Shown piece after piece: positions 52,020 through 64,000 of a stretch of 64,000 nt of DNA. The first letter of the stretch is position 1; each line of letters begins with the position of its first letter. This DNA comes from Ginglymostoma cirratum (lineage: Eukaryota). The translations under genes were made by a program, and so were the position numbers. The notes beneath the pieces are model-generated. The model ran no database searches and was not told where the DNA came from. It saw only the letters and a program-made list of their open reading frames with translations. Location of the stretch: contig JAHRHZ010000050.1 of assembly GCA_024137785.1 (NCBI GenBank), forward strand, positions 17,087,874-17,151,873, read 5' to 3'.

Positions 52020-52625
52020 TTTGTTGCTTCACTCACCACCTGCAATAGTTCTAGTCTGGCAGAAATATCCTTTTTTACTCAGCTGTTTCAGTCAGTAGTG
52101 ATGCTCTGAGCCACTCTTGTGGTGGGCAGTAAAGTTCCTAATCCAGAGTGTATTCTTTGTTCTTGTCCCTTCCAGTAGTGTTCAAATGGAATGTTGATTT
52201 GTCAGCCAAGAAAGGTTGCAAGGTTATAATTAGTCAGACATTTCTTTAGGCATGTTTCACCTGATGTCATGAGGTCCAGAGCCAGTGTTGTTGACTCCAA
52301 GGGCTCAAGATCCCGTATGTGAGTGAACAGGATTTTGTAAGGTTGATTGGGCTGATTGTGCGCCTTGTAATATTTGGTGTCTAAACTGTGCAGTTTATAC
52401 TCAAACTCTTATCCCGTCCCAGTGAAAACTGTCTGTGGTGGGTCTCTATTGCTGGTGGGACAGGGCAAACCTCATAGATGGTGATGGAGTGTGGGACATG
52501 CTGCAGGATATGATCTTGTGACGTGATGAGCTCTTGTTCAAATAGTCTTTGGATAATTCTCAATTTTGGTGCAAGTTGTCAGATTTAAGTGAATAAGGTT
52601 TTGCAGGATCAATTAGGCTGATTGT
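52020..52625 (-). mobile_element. Decayed APE-region fragment of the tRNA-headed LINE family
   Basis: Aligns with 11050-11540 (ctcaccacctgc..agccactcttg..catgaggtccagag..atggtgatggagtgtgggaca). Confidence 0.6.
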
Positions 52626-53245
52626 GCTTTCATGTGTACTGCCTATGTCATTGCAGCATATATTCAAACTTGTGCAAAGTAGTATAGCAGTAATGGATAT
52701 ATGAGCCAATATACGTGGAATTCAGTGCACAGCTAGGTACCAGCAATGTTACCATGCTGTTGTTGAAGCTCTGCCCTTCAACTACTACGTAGCATATTTG
52801 TAGTGAGCTAGCCTTCCTTGGCACTGTGTCATTTCCAGATATATGTTGCTTCTTGCACTCATACACTGATTCTTTAATGTTTAGTTTTGTAGATCTTACA
52901 CTTAGCTCAAGATTTTTCCCACCTTCTTAGAATAGTATAACCCTGTGGTTTTAAATGGAATGATATGAGATTTTCAGGCAGTAGAATGCTTAATCATGCC
53001 TCCCTGTTAACCAATTCAAGTTAATTCCTGAAGTACAATTAAGCACATTTTCAGATTAAAATTCCTAGCAATCTGCTCTGAAATGTGTAAATTTAAAGAG
53101 GTTGGATCCCTGCAGGTCATTGATTTGTGTAGTTATTATGTTCAAAAACTTGTAGTTTGACAAGTTTGTGTTTGTGTCACAAATTGGCAGCTGATCATTT
53201 GACCATTAAGTTTTATTCTAAATTAGGTACGAACATACAAATTAG

Positions 53246-53384
53246 TTCTGAGGAAGGGTCACCGGACCCAAAACGTTAACTCTGATTTTTTTTTTCTTCA
53301 CAGATGCTGCCAGACCTGCTGAGCTTTTCCAGCAACTCCTGTTTTTGTTCCTGATTTACAGCATCTGCAGTCCTTTCGGATTTT
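53246..53384 (+). mobile_element. Penelope-derived insertion, 11-bp TSD atacaaattag (53235-53245/53385-53395), mutated hammerhead core
   Basis: agtt CTGAGGA A GGGTC accg GACCC AAAAC GTT aact, inserted into a CR1 3' tail. Confidence 0.85.
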
Positions 53385-55011
53385 ATACAAATTAGGAGCA
53401 GGGTAGGCGTTTCGGTTTCTCACCTCTATGCCATTCAACTCCATCATGGCTGATCATCCACCTGAATGCCGTTTTCCTGCACAATTCCCATATCCCTTGA
53501 CAGCTTTATCTAGAAATTCGTCAATTTCCTCTTGAACATACTTGAAGATTCCACTGCCCTCTGGAGTTGGGAATTCAAAAGATTTACCACTGAACAAGGA
53601 AGAAATTCCTCATCTCAGTCTTAAATAGCCTACGTCTTAATCTGAGGATGTGTCGCTAGTTTTAGATACAACAGCTAGGATACGTTCTTCCTGTGTCTCT
53701 ACCCTTTGAAGCCCTGAAAGAATTTTATATTCTTAAATATGATCACTTCTAACACTTTTGCATAAAAACCCAGCCTCCTTAATCTGTCCTTGAAGAATAA
53801 TTTCACTCCCCGGTATCAATCTGTGAACCTTTGTTGTACTCCCTGTATGGCAACTATATTCTTCCTTTGATACAGAGAATAAAATTATACACACAGCCTG
53901 GGTGAGGTCTCACTGAGGCTCTGTATAATGAGAGTAAAAGTTTCTTACTCCTGTACTTGTTGCAATCAAGAACAAATCAATTGGCTACCTAGTTGATTAC
54001 TGCACTTAAATTTTAGTTTTCGGTGACTTTATAATTAAAGACATCCAAGGCCTCTTGAGCCTCAACAGTTTGCAATTTCTTACCATTTAAGAAATATTCA
54101 GCATTTCTGTTTGACCTTGCAAAATAGGTAACTTCACATTATTCCACACAACATTCATTCTGTCATGTGCTTGCCCACTCATTTGGTCTCAAATCCCTGG
54201 AAACCTCTAGATCCTTCTCTCAAATTGTGTTCCCTCTTATTTTTGTCATTGACACACTTGGAAATATTATATTGTTTCCACGTTCACATCATTAATATAG
54301 ATTGTGAATAGCTGGAGCCTACCGCTGATACTAGTAGTACCCCACCAGTCACAGACTTCCAACCTGAGAGTGATCCATTTATTCCTTCTGTGTTGTGTTA
54401 TCATTCCTAATCCATGCCAGCATATTAATGCCAATGTATCCAAATGATGTGGATGAGTGTGTTGGGGGGAATCGATGATTAGTAAGTTTGCAGGTGACAA
54501 TGATTGCATGGGTATTTGACAGTGTGGAAGAAGATCTTAGGTTACAGGAGAATATAAATGGATTGGTCATGTGGGCTGATCAGTGGCAGATGGATTTTAG
54601 CCCTGATAAGTGAGAGACTATTTGGAAGAAGGAACAAAACAAGGGAGTACTTGATTTGCAGGATACTAGGAAGCTCAGAGGAGCAGAGGGATCTTGGGAT
54701 GTTTGTCCACAGATACCTGAAGGTGGAAAAGCAGTTTACTAGAATAGTTTAGGCATTTGGGACACTTGCCTTTATCAGCGGAGGTACAGATTATAAGGTC
54801 AGAGAGGTTAATTGGGTCCAGTGACCATTCTTCAGAATGGAAGTTGAGTTGTGAGTCTCAGTTATGCTTAAAGATGGATTACTGGATATGAAATGTTAAC
54901 TCTGCTTTTTCTCTACAGATGCTGCGAGACCAGCTGAGCTTTTCCAGCAAGATCCAATTTTGTTGCCTGAATGGAGCACTTTAGCTGTGAAGAGAGGCTG
55001 GATAAGCTTGG

Positions 55012-55195
55012 GAGATAGTAGGAGCTGCAGATGCTGGAGAATCTGAGATAGCAAGGTGTAGAGCTGGATGAACACAGCAGGCTGACGTTTCGGGCCTAGA
55101 CCCTTTTGAAGGGTCGAGGCCTGAAATGTCAGCCTTCCTGCTCCTCTGATGCTGCTTGGCCTGCTGTGTTCATCCAGCTCTAGACCTTGCTACAC
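55012..55195. mobile_element. Hairpin Penelope-derived insertion (imperfect TSD ctggataagcttgg/ctggataacgctgg)
   Basis: Arms tagcaaggtgtagagctggatgaacacagcagg / cctgctgtgttcatccagctctagaccttgcta. Confidence 0.8.
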
Positions 55196-56158
55196 CTGGA
55201 TAACGCTGGATTGTTTTCTTTAGGTCAGGGAAGGTTGAGAAGATAGGGATGTATAAGTGAGGGCTTGGACAGAATGAATAGAAAGCAGCTATTCCCCTTA
55301 GTTGAAGAGTCAATAACAGGGGGCATAATTTTAAGGTGAAAGACAAGACACTTAGAGGAGATGTGAGGGCAATCTGTTACATGCAGAGAGTGATGGGTGT
55401 CTAAAATGCACTACCTAGGTGCGTAATTGAGATGGGTAATCTCACTACCTTTAAGAGATTCTTGGATGAGCACTTGAAATGTCATAACATTCAACTGTGG
55501 GCCTAGGGCTGGAAGGTGGGACGACTGTAGATTTAGTTTAGCTTTGACAGTACAGACATGATGGGCTGAAGTCCTCTTCTAATGTGATTCTATACTGCCC
55601 CCTTTCTATGTGCTCTAATTTTGTTTACTAACCTCTTGTATGGCACCATACCAAAGGCCTACTGAAAAGCCAAATTATCTGTTCGGCTAGTTACACCTTC
55701 AAAAAGTTTTTAACAGGTTTGTCAAACATGATTTTCCTTTCATAAATTCACGTTGACTCTGCCTGATCCTACCATTATTTTCAAAGTGTTCTGCTATCGC
55801 ATTACTAGCAATAGGTAGATGACATTTGCTTCTTTCCAGTCTGCTGGAACTGTTTCATATTGATAGGAATTTAAGATGCCCACCAACCTATTCACTGTCT
55901 TTGCAGTCACCTCATCCATTGCTCTGAGATGCAAATCGTCAGGTCCAGGAGATTTATCCCCACAAATCCATTTATTTCTTCACTACTTTTTTAAACTACT
56001 GCTAGTTTCTTTCAGTCCTTGTTCTCATTAGTCCTTTGGTTCTCTTATTTCTGGGAGTTTTTTTCTATCTTGTTCTGTGAAGATAGACACACAGTATTTG
56101 TTTAGATTCTGTACAGTTTCCCTGTTCACCATTGCAGATTCTCTTGTCTCTGCCTGAA

Positions 56159-56262
56159 GCTAGTCTTTGCTAGTCTTTGCTAGTCTTTGCTAGTCTTTGC
56201 TAGTCNNNNNNNNNNTTGCTAGTCTTTGCTAGTCTTTGCTAGTCTTTGCTAGTCTTTGCTAG
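56159..56262 (+). repeat. Decamer tandem repeat (tagtctttgc)n containing a 10-N gap (56206-56215)
   Basis: Perfect repeats on both sides of the gap. True length unknown. Confidence 0.95.
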
Positions 56263-56279
56263 GCCTGTAAAAGCATTTA

Positions 56280-56478
56280 CAGAGGCTGTCAATTTACAAA
56301 CGTCCAACTTACAAACATGATCCCACAAGGGTGTAATTAGCAACCTAGCATACAAAAAAAATTCCTGTACTTAGAAACGACTGCTTTACATTGTCCTGCA
56401 TTGTGTACCAACTTGCATACAAATCAACTTGCAAAGGGAGTCCAGAATGGAACCTGTTTGCAACTCGGGGACTGCCTG
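56280..56478. mobile_element. Tigger/pogo-like MITE flanked by TA
   Basis: TA|CAG...tttacaaac..cttacaaac ... gtttgcaactcggggactgcCTG|TA. The right end (- strand CAGGCAGTCCCCGAGTTGC) resembles Tigger TIRs; the left TIR is degenerate. Confidence 0.55.
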
Positions 56479-59400
56479 TATTGTCTTTGTTTCTTGCTAG
56501 CTTTCGTATTACCTTTTTTCTAAATATTTTTGGCGCTCATTTGTTAAATAAAAGTGCTCCCGATCCACATTTATATTGCTTTATTGCCAACTTCATTAGT
56601 GTCTTCCTTTAACCCAGAACAATCTTTTTTGCCATGGCTGGATTTTTGTGCTTCAGATGAATCTGAATTTGTTGTAAACCGTGAGTTGGTTGTTCAGGTG
56701 CCATCCATTACCTGTCTGCTGTCACACTTTAATGTTTTCAGTGGAGCATATTTCATTAGCTCTTCATGCTCTCTAATACACTGACCCATAAATTTCTTTG
56801 TTTTGAGGTAGGCTTTAATTTCGCATTGACCATATTGCTTTTAGATTTAGAATTTTACATTGTCACTTTATGATTACTCTTCCATAAAGGTACCTTTTCA
56901 ATGGGATTACTAATTATCTTTTTCTCATTGTACAATCTCAGATTTAAAATGATCCATTTTCTCATTGGTTCTCTTATTTCTGTGAGTTTTCTTTCTGTCT
57001 TGTTCTGTGAAGCTAGACGCACAGTATTTGTTTAGATTCTGTACAGTTTCCTTGTTCCCTATTGTAGATTCTCTTGTCTCTGCCTGAAGCTGTCCTCCAC
57101 AGCATTGTTGCTAATTTAAAATACTTGATCTATATGTAGATTGAAGGCCCTATGATTGCTGTATTGCTCTTGTTACCTTCACCTCTAATTTCCAGGTTTA
57201 TATTGTGCTCTATGTTGCCACTTGTTCAATGGTTTGCAATCAGTTTCTAACAATGAGTCTCTTGCTGTTTTATAGCTCCACCCAAACTGATCCTTGTGAC
57301 AGTGGGTTGGCTTTCTCTCTTCCACCACACGCACACTCTCCCTCCCATTTGCACAATTCAGTGGTTTGTGGACTAAACTTTCCCTTACACCACCACAGCA
57401 TTCGTTGCAGCAACTCAACATATTGTGAATCTATTCTCTAGAATTATTTGCTAGAGCCTCTAAACGTATCTTTCTTACCAAACAACTGACCACCTCTCAT
57501 AATCTGTCTTTTCCTGATTTGCTAGCTATACCTTACAGAGTTAAGGTATTACTCACTGTGGTCTGAAACACTTTATTATGTGAAAGTTATGGATAGGACT
57601 TTAGAACATCGGTAGTTTAAAATGTGGATTGTTTCTGCAATTTTGAGTTGTTGTATACCTTGATTGCAAGTTCTCCAGTTTCTATGCAGCTAGTCGTGTA
57701 ATGAGTGATCTTAGTCTGCAGTAGTTTTTTAAATAATTGGGCCAAAGCTGTACACTTTTTGGAAAGTTGCTCATTGGAATTAACAACTTTGTGAATTGCT
57801 TAACGCTACTGTTTTCATGAAAGGGTTAAGCTCAAGAAATGGTAGAATAATAACTTGTGGTTCTCAACAAAACGGATGACTCTGGATTCAGATTGGCAAG
57901 GTGCACTCAGTATTTGAAAGTCAGCAAAGAACTGATTTATGTTGTAAAGTGAAAGGGGTATATGTACCCTGACAAACCTTGACCAGATTACAGTAACCCT
58001 TTTTAACCTGGGCGCATGATGCATGAGACTGACAAGAGTGCCACGAGTCAGGGAAGGTCCAACACAACTTCAGTGAATACTTTATCAAGCGCGTTATCAA
58101 GGAAAAACAATATTTAACAGACTGTATTATTGTACTTGAGTTAAATTTTGTCAGTCTCTTCACAAGACTCTACAGTGAACAGTCTTAAATCTGAGTAAAC
58201 GGTCTCACATCTGCATTAGCTGTCTACGTTTGACACGCTGCTGAGGATTTGCTATACCTTATCTATAGGCCCCTATTCCTGTATTTGGACAGTTTGTCTG
58301 AAAGGACTGGTAATATCCATTCAGTAAGGCTGGAGAACAGGCTTTTCTTCAATCTTTGAGGGTTGGCTGATGTTTCAGGATCTGCAGTCATCAATTTGGG
58401 TTTCTCTTGTCTAGGTCTGGTTCTGGTCTTCGATTCATTTCACTGAGGTGATCTCTGGAGATGGTGTTGAGGAAGGTGCACAAAGCAGAGAGAACTGGGG
58501 CTCCAGGTTGTCCTATTATCTCCTTTACAGTCTTTTTGAACACTAATTAGTATTCAGTACCAGCACGGGTGGGGGCAGGAAGATCCAATAAGGTAACTAC
58601 TTTTCATGTTTGGAGGTCACAGAGCATGATTTTGAAAGTTTCAACTTTCAAATGCTGTCCTTGTCATGTTATGCCTCTGGCACTCGGCTAAGTAGGAGGC
58701 CACCAAGTCTGTGCAGCTTTCTTTTAACAAAGCGGGTTCACTGGCGGTGTAAAATAATGGTTTGTTCTGAAACAAGTTGGCTATTAACATCTGGCCAGGG
58801 AGTTCCAGGCATGTATGGTTTTGACAGGAAATTGGCTGTCCGAGGCCAGGCTGCATGAATACTCTGTTCTGGCTCTGTAGCTTACAAATTGTAGAGTTGG
58901 CTAGGTTTAAACTTGGCTTCCATGTTTCAAGATTTTATCCATGCTCATGAAAAAGGTGTCAGTCTTTCTGTAACACTTCTGGAGTTTGAGAGTCCATCAT
59001 TGAGATATCTTCAAGCCTGAAATAGATTTTCGATTTTGAGTAAGAAAGAGTAGGTGGAAGAGTGGAGTTGAGATAAGATAAGCCGTAATCATATTCAATG
59101 ACAGTGTAGGCCAAAGTGCGAAGAAGGTGACCAAGCAGATCCTCCATGCTAGCAATCTTTGGATTGCTCCCAGTACAATAATCATAGAAATAAGAAAGCA
59201 GGTAAATACTAAAGTGCTCTGCATTTCAATTTGGAACTAATTAGAACAGCGCATCACATTGACTCTTGTATAATATATTATGCTGCTGTTGTTTACAGCA
59301 GTGTGTACAGTATCTGACCCACTTGTTGCAACCTCTCCCCTCCTAAACTGTGACTTCTGCCAGAGGTCTGCATCGGCACGCACGCACACACCTCCCACCA

Positions 59401-59569
59401 CCACCACCACGCAACCAGAGACCGCCCATTACCATAGCATTGCCGGACCAGCTCTCTTCCACCCCCCTATCCTGGCGCCAGCACTGTCCACGGATCCACT
59501 CAGTCATGGAAGAGCCTTGCCTTCTGCCTGCAGCGTGCTAGCCGAGAGGGGAGTAGCCCTAGCCACTCC

Positions 59570-60770
59570 GCAGCTGCAGGGTCTGGTGACTTCAGAACAA
59601 GGCACCTCTCTTCTGAGGGAACTAATAAGAAGAGAAGAATATAGTTGACTGACAGCATCTATCCGTGATGGCTTAGGTAGGAGTGATCACTGTGCAGCCC
59701 TTGTGGAGACGAAGTCCTGTCTTCCCATTGAAGTTACCCATAATCATGTTGAGTGACACTATATAGTTGTGTTTGGGGTCGGTCTATTCAGTCAGACATC
59801 CCTGCAGGAATTCCTAAGGGTAGTGTCCTAGGTCCGACTATCCTCAGTGATTTTTGTCAATGACATTCCCTCCATCAGAAGGTCAAAGCTGAACTGCTCA
59901 TTGACCAGTGTTTCGTGCCATTTACACCAACTCAATGATGGAAGTAGTTCATGTCCATGTGCAGCAAGACTTGAGCAATCTGACTTTAGTTTTTAAAGAC
60001 AAATGAAATTTGTGCCATACAAGTGCCTTTAAATGATCATCTTCAGCAAGAGAGGATTTCATCATCTTCGCATGACATTAAATGGCACTACCATTAGTGA
60101 TCCGTCATTCGCAACATGTTGGAATTTACTATTAACAAGAAACGTAACTGGACTATTCATGTCGATACTATGGCTACATTGGCAAGTTTAGAATCTGGGA
60201 TTTGTGTGGCAAGTAACTTATTTTGACTCTTCAAATCCTGCCCACTATCAGCAAGACAGACATTGCGAGTATGAAAGAATATGCTGCATTTGCTGGGATG
60301 CATGCAGCTGCAGTAAGTCTCAAGAAGCTCAATTCCACATAAGATAAAGTGTTCCATTTGATTGGCACCCCATCCATCTTGCACATTAATTCCTATTGCC
60401 ACTCTCGCACATGACACAAACAATTGCCATATGCAAGCTAGCATCACAGCAACTTGCCAAGGTTTTTTCAACAGCACCTTCTATATCCGTGACCTATACT
60501 ACCTAAAAGGACAAGGACGGAAGATGCATGGGAACATTATCTTCAAGCTCCTTTTCAAACTATTCACCATCCTAACTTGGAAAAATTTTGCCGTTCCTTC
60601 ACTGTCGCTGTGTCAAAATCCCAGAACTCCTTTCATTACAGCACTGTTTTGTACCAATGCAGGATGCACCACAGATGTTCTGGAAAGTGGCTCATTACTA
60701 GCTTCTTGGGGGAAATTTGAGAATAGCAGGAAATGCTGGCCTAGCCAGTGGCACTTGCATATTAAAGAGG
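59570..60770 (+). mobile_element. Internally deleted copy of the tRNA-headed LINE family (APE end, RT, 3' tail)
   Basis: ggagtgatcactgtgcagcccttgtggagacgaagtcc (SDH region), cctaagggtagtgtcctaggtccgact (PxGSVLGPT), tail aaatgctggcctagccagtggcac. Confidence 0.75.
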
Positions 60771-61574
60771 AGTTATCAGTTATGCTGAACACTGTGGATT
60801 TTCTGATTGTGTTAATGGAAAATAATTGCAGCAGAGTTTGATGCTTGGTTTATTTCGGAAAGACATTAGCCTCTGTATACAATCAGAATAGACAATAAAT
60901 TGTTCAGTATTGTAACAATTAGGGTTAGGCAAGTGTCCATCTTGTTTCCTATACTTGACATGATCAAAATTCATACATGGCCGTCAACTGAATTATTCTT
61001 GGGAGGGAAAATATTGAAAATTTTTAAATGAGTATTGAGTTTTAAAATGGATCAGAAATATGGCAACAAAGCCATTTGAAAGAATTTCAGTTACTTCCCG
61101 TGTAGATGCCTAAAATGGTCAAAATGTGCAATGAGAATCTTGTGTAAATAACATGTCATACACTCTGGAGGAAATTGACTCCGCTGGTTAACCACAATAC
61201 TTAGTTTTAAGAATTTAAGTTCTAAGAATTTACTGTAGTGTGATTTAACGTGAGCAGGAAATCAGCAATCCGTTTACATTGAAATCCTTTGATGACCGCA
61301 GGTGAGTAATTTGAGAATTATTGGAATTTTGTACTTTGTGCATACTGTTGTAGCAAAGCTTAAAGATTTGTTGGTACGATTGTCGTTTGAAATGATTTTA
61401 TTTTTGAAGTGTCGGAAATTTCAAGTAAAACTTGATCTTCAAGGGCCAAGAGAAGTTTTGAAAACAAATGAAGTTTAAAATCTAGCTTCAACTTGAGCTG
61501 GAAAATTGGACCAGGGCATTTTAGTTTGGACAATATCGGTACAACATTGTGTTGGGAATACTGAATTTTAAAGG

Positions 61575-62250
61575 TAAACATAAAAGCCTTTAAATTAAGA
61601 GCGGAAGTAGGCCATTCAGTCTCTCAAGCCTGCTCCATCTTTCAATGAGATCATAACTGCTGTGATGGTAAGTGCAAATCCACATTCTCACCTACCCCTG
61701 ATAACTTTTTGCACCCTTGATTAACAAGAATCTGCTTACCTGTTGTGAACACCTTATTTTGATGATCTGTGATTGAGTACTTTCCCTTTCAGAGGAAACA
61801 CTCTCTCGCTTTCCACTTTACCGAAACCTTTGCTAACTTTAATAATCCCATTAGGTCCCCCTTGAGACTTTTTTCAGGAGAGAGACCCACCTGTTGATAT
61901 TTTTCAAAAATGAATACTCCAACGTCTTCTAGACTTTTTTAGAATTATCCTGGTAAATCACCTTGCATTCTCTCTGGTACTCCTATTTCCTTTGCATTAT
62001 GACAACTAGAACTACCCGCAGTGCTATAAATGTGGTCTAACCAAGAGTTGATGCAGGATAGTGGAATTTCCCTACTTTTCAATTCCTTTCATCCAGAAAT
62101 AATTTGGTCTTTTTTGTTTTTTTACAGCCATGAGCTGATATCATTTTTAATGATTGGATTTGTACTGAGAATTTCTTGTTCCTCAGCACCACTAGACCTG
62201 CAGCACTCAAGTATAAGTTACCTCCCTATTCTTACAATCAAAATGTAGCT
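61575..62250 (-). mobile_element. Decayed CR1-like 3' fragment
   Basis: agcggaagtaggccattcagtctctcaagcctgctccatc..aatgagatc is the reverse complement of a CR1 tail. Confidence 0.65.
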
Positions 62251-62586
62251 ACCCCCCTCACATTCATGGTTTCAGAAAGTCCTGAAAGGTAATCCAAGGT
62301 CTACCCTCTATCAGAGTAGTTAGAACATCTCATTGATTTAAATTTTTAAAATTTAATTTATCTCCACAGCCCCACGCGTTGTTAGGATAAATTCACTTCC
62401 ATGGGTGTCCAAAGTACTATATCGTCAATATTTTAAAGTGTTCCATATGACACATTTTTTAAAAAATCTCAACTTTCTCTCTCTATACTGACTGTGCTTC
62501 TGAGATGAGTTGTATTTTAAAACTGTTGGTGCTGAGGTCAGCTAACCTACGTTTCTTAAGTTTTTTGTTTACTTAGTCACTATTAA

Positions 62587-62707
62587 GGCTGTTGTGGTGC
62601 AATGGTAGTGTCTCAACCTCTGTACCAAGACGCCTGTGTTCACATCCCACCTGTTCCAGCGATAGGTAATAACATTTCTGAACGGATTGATTGATTAGAA
62701 AATATCT
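62587..62707 (+). mobile_element. ~120-bp tRNA-derived mini-SINE
   Basis: ggctgttgtggtgcaatggtagtg..gtgttcacatcccacctg..taacatttctgaac..attagaaaatatct. Confidence 0.75.
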
Positions 62708-62999
62708 ACTTAGTTACTGTGACATCATTTTGCCATAATGTTACATTGGGACTGAAAGTTGAAATTTGTGATACAAGAAATAATAATGCAGTAAATGCAA
62801 CATAGGTGTTTAAAGAATACAATATTGAAAAGTAATACATAATTAACAGCTCTTGTACTCCTAGCTTACAATAATTTGTTTAGTGAGTTGGTTTGACAAG
62901 TTTATAAAATTTGTAGGTCTCTAACTGCAACATATTGCTGAACTGTAAAGGAATGTGCAGTAGTATTGGCTGTTCAACCAGTAAAACCGTAGTGTTTCA

Positions 63000-63778
63000 T
63001 GGAAGTGCTGCACTTTAGGAGATCAAATATGAAGGAAAAGTATATGGTTAATGGCAGTACTCTGAACAGCATTGATGCACAGAGGGATCTTAGGGTTCAA
63101 GTCCATAGCTCCCTGAAAGTGGCCATACTAGTAGTTAGGGTGGTAAAGAGGCATATGGCATTCTTGCCTTTATTAGCCAGGGTATTGGGAGCAAGAGTCA
63201 GGATGTCGTTTTGCAGCTTAAGACTTTGGTTAGGCCACATGTAGAGCATTGTGTTCAGTTCTGTTGCCACATTACAAAAATGATGTGGAGACTTTGGAAA
63301 GGGTGCAGAAGAGGTTTACCAGGATGTTGCCTGGATTAGAGATTTTGAACTAAAAGGAGAGGCTAGAAAAACTAAGGTTGTTTTCTCTGGAATGGCAGAG
63401 GCTGAGGGGAGACTTGATAGAAGTCCATAAACATTGAGATGTATAGTTAGGGTTGATGGTCAGAGTCTTTTTCCCAGAGTTGAAATGTCTAAAACCAGCG
63501 GAGCATGCACTTAAGATGAGAGGGGGAAAGTTGAAAGGAAATGAGGGGCAATATTTTTACACTGGTCGGTGTCTGGAGTGCACTGCCAGGGACTGGTGGC
63601 GGAGGCAGGTATGATATGGATGTCTAAGGGGCTTTTCGAGAGTTAATGAATATGCAAGGAATGGAGGCATATGGATCAAGGGTAGACAGAAGGGATTAGT
63701 TAAATTTGGTGTCATGTTTGGCACAACATCGTGGGCCGAAGGGCCCGTTCCTGTGCTATACTGTTGTTTTATGTTCAT
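63000..63778 (+). mobile_element. CR1/HER1-like LINE 3' fragment
   Basis: EVLHFRRSN..QRDLRVQVHSSLKVA; ggaaagggtgcagaagaggtttaccaggatgttgcctgg; tail gggccgaagggcccgttcctgtgctatactgtt. Confidence 0.88.
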
Positions 63779-64000
63779 TAACTAGGCTCGCTGACATGAC
63801 AAAATTGCTCAAATGTGTAATTGTCAAAAAAGCTGTTACAATTTAGGTTTATTTTCAGAAGAAAGCATTTGCAATGCAAAATTGTGTTATTAGACTGATT
63901 TGACAAAATTAGTAAGCATGAGAAGAGACCAGAAAAGGTAATATAACTTGAGGTCGAAGAAAGATTGTTTGAGTGGCTGTTCAGTTTTATTTTTGACCCA

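Larger units (their letters stand above)
53395..57550. mobile_element. Long decayed CR1-like LINE (-) interrupted by a + strand CR1 (~54450-55595), Penelope ends, a MITE and a minisatellite
   Basis: - strand LQLFTIYINDVN (54267-54509) and RT motifs continuing at 55620-55960. + strand aagtttgcaggtgac..tggcagatggatttt. Confidence 0.65.

Noticed and set aside
56159-56262. Regular repeat as a possible CRISPR-like array
   Set aside because: Eukaryotic DNA, no spacers; a simple decamer minisatellite.
57690-58920. Unique-looking sequence that might be an LTR-element or coding fragment
   Set aside because: I could not recognise any protein motif, LTR boundary or splice-consistent frame.
59280-59648. 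122-aa + strand ORF in intron 3 as a candidate RBPJ exon
   Set aside because: No similarity to the expected FFCPPPCVYL exon, and its 3' part runs into a LINE fragment.

Overview
Vertebrate genomic DNA, almost certainly from a cartilaginous fish (shark). This is inferred from the repeat content: HE1/V-SINEs, HER1/CR1-like LINEs, Deu-domain SINEs and shark-type Penelope ends. The only host gene I can support is the 5' part of RBPJ (CSL/Su(H), the Notch transcription factor) on the + strand. It has a CpG-island promoter (~15.87-17.1 kb) and coding exons 16008-16027, 50439-50477 and 51208-51303, which splice to [51 protein letters not shown](R). Intron 1 is 34.4 kb and I did not find the next exon in the window. 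The rest is mostly decayed transposons: CR1, Rex1/Babar, RTE, L2, Penelope, Harbinger, a Tigger-like MITE and several SINE families. Most ORFs in the supplied track are spurious or transposon fragments. The main observations are: (1) a LINE whose 5' end is a tRNA-like SINE head fused directly to an APE endonuclease ORF, with SINEs built from that LINE's 5' and 3' ends; (2) short Penelope-derived insertions with 11-16 bp TSDs and minimal hammerhead-ribozyme cores; (3) a branchpoint/3'SS/CAG/5'SS stack at 1687-1735 (3-nt microexon or recursive splice site); (4) paired TCTCGCGAGA palindromes plus an RBPJ-binding core in the RBPJ promoter; (5) symmetric exons 2-3 flanked by inverted repeats that could yield a stop-free circRNA. 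Repeat boundaries are approximate (read by eye) unless a TSD is given.
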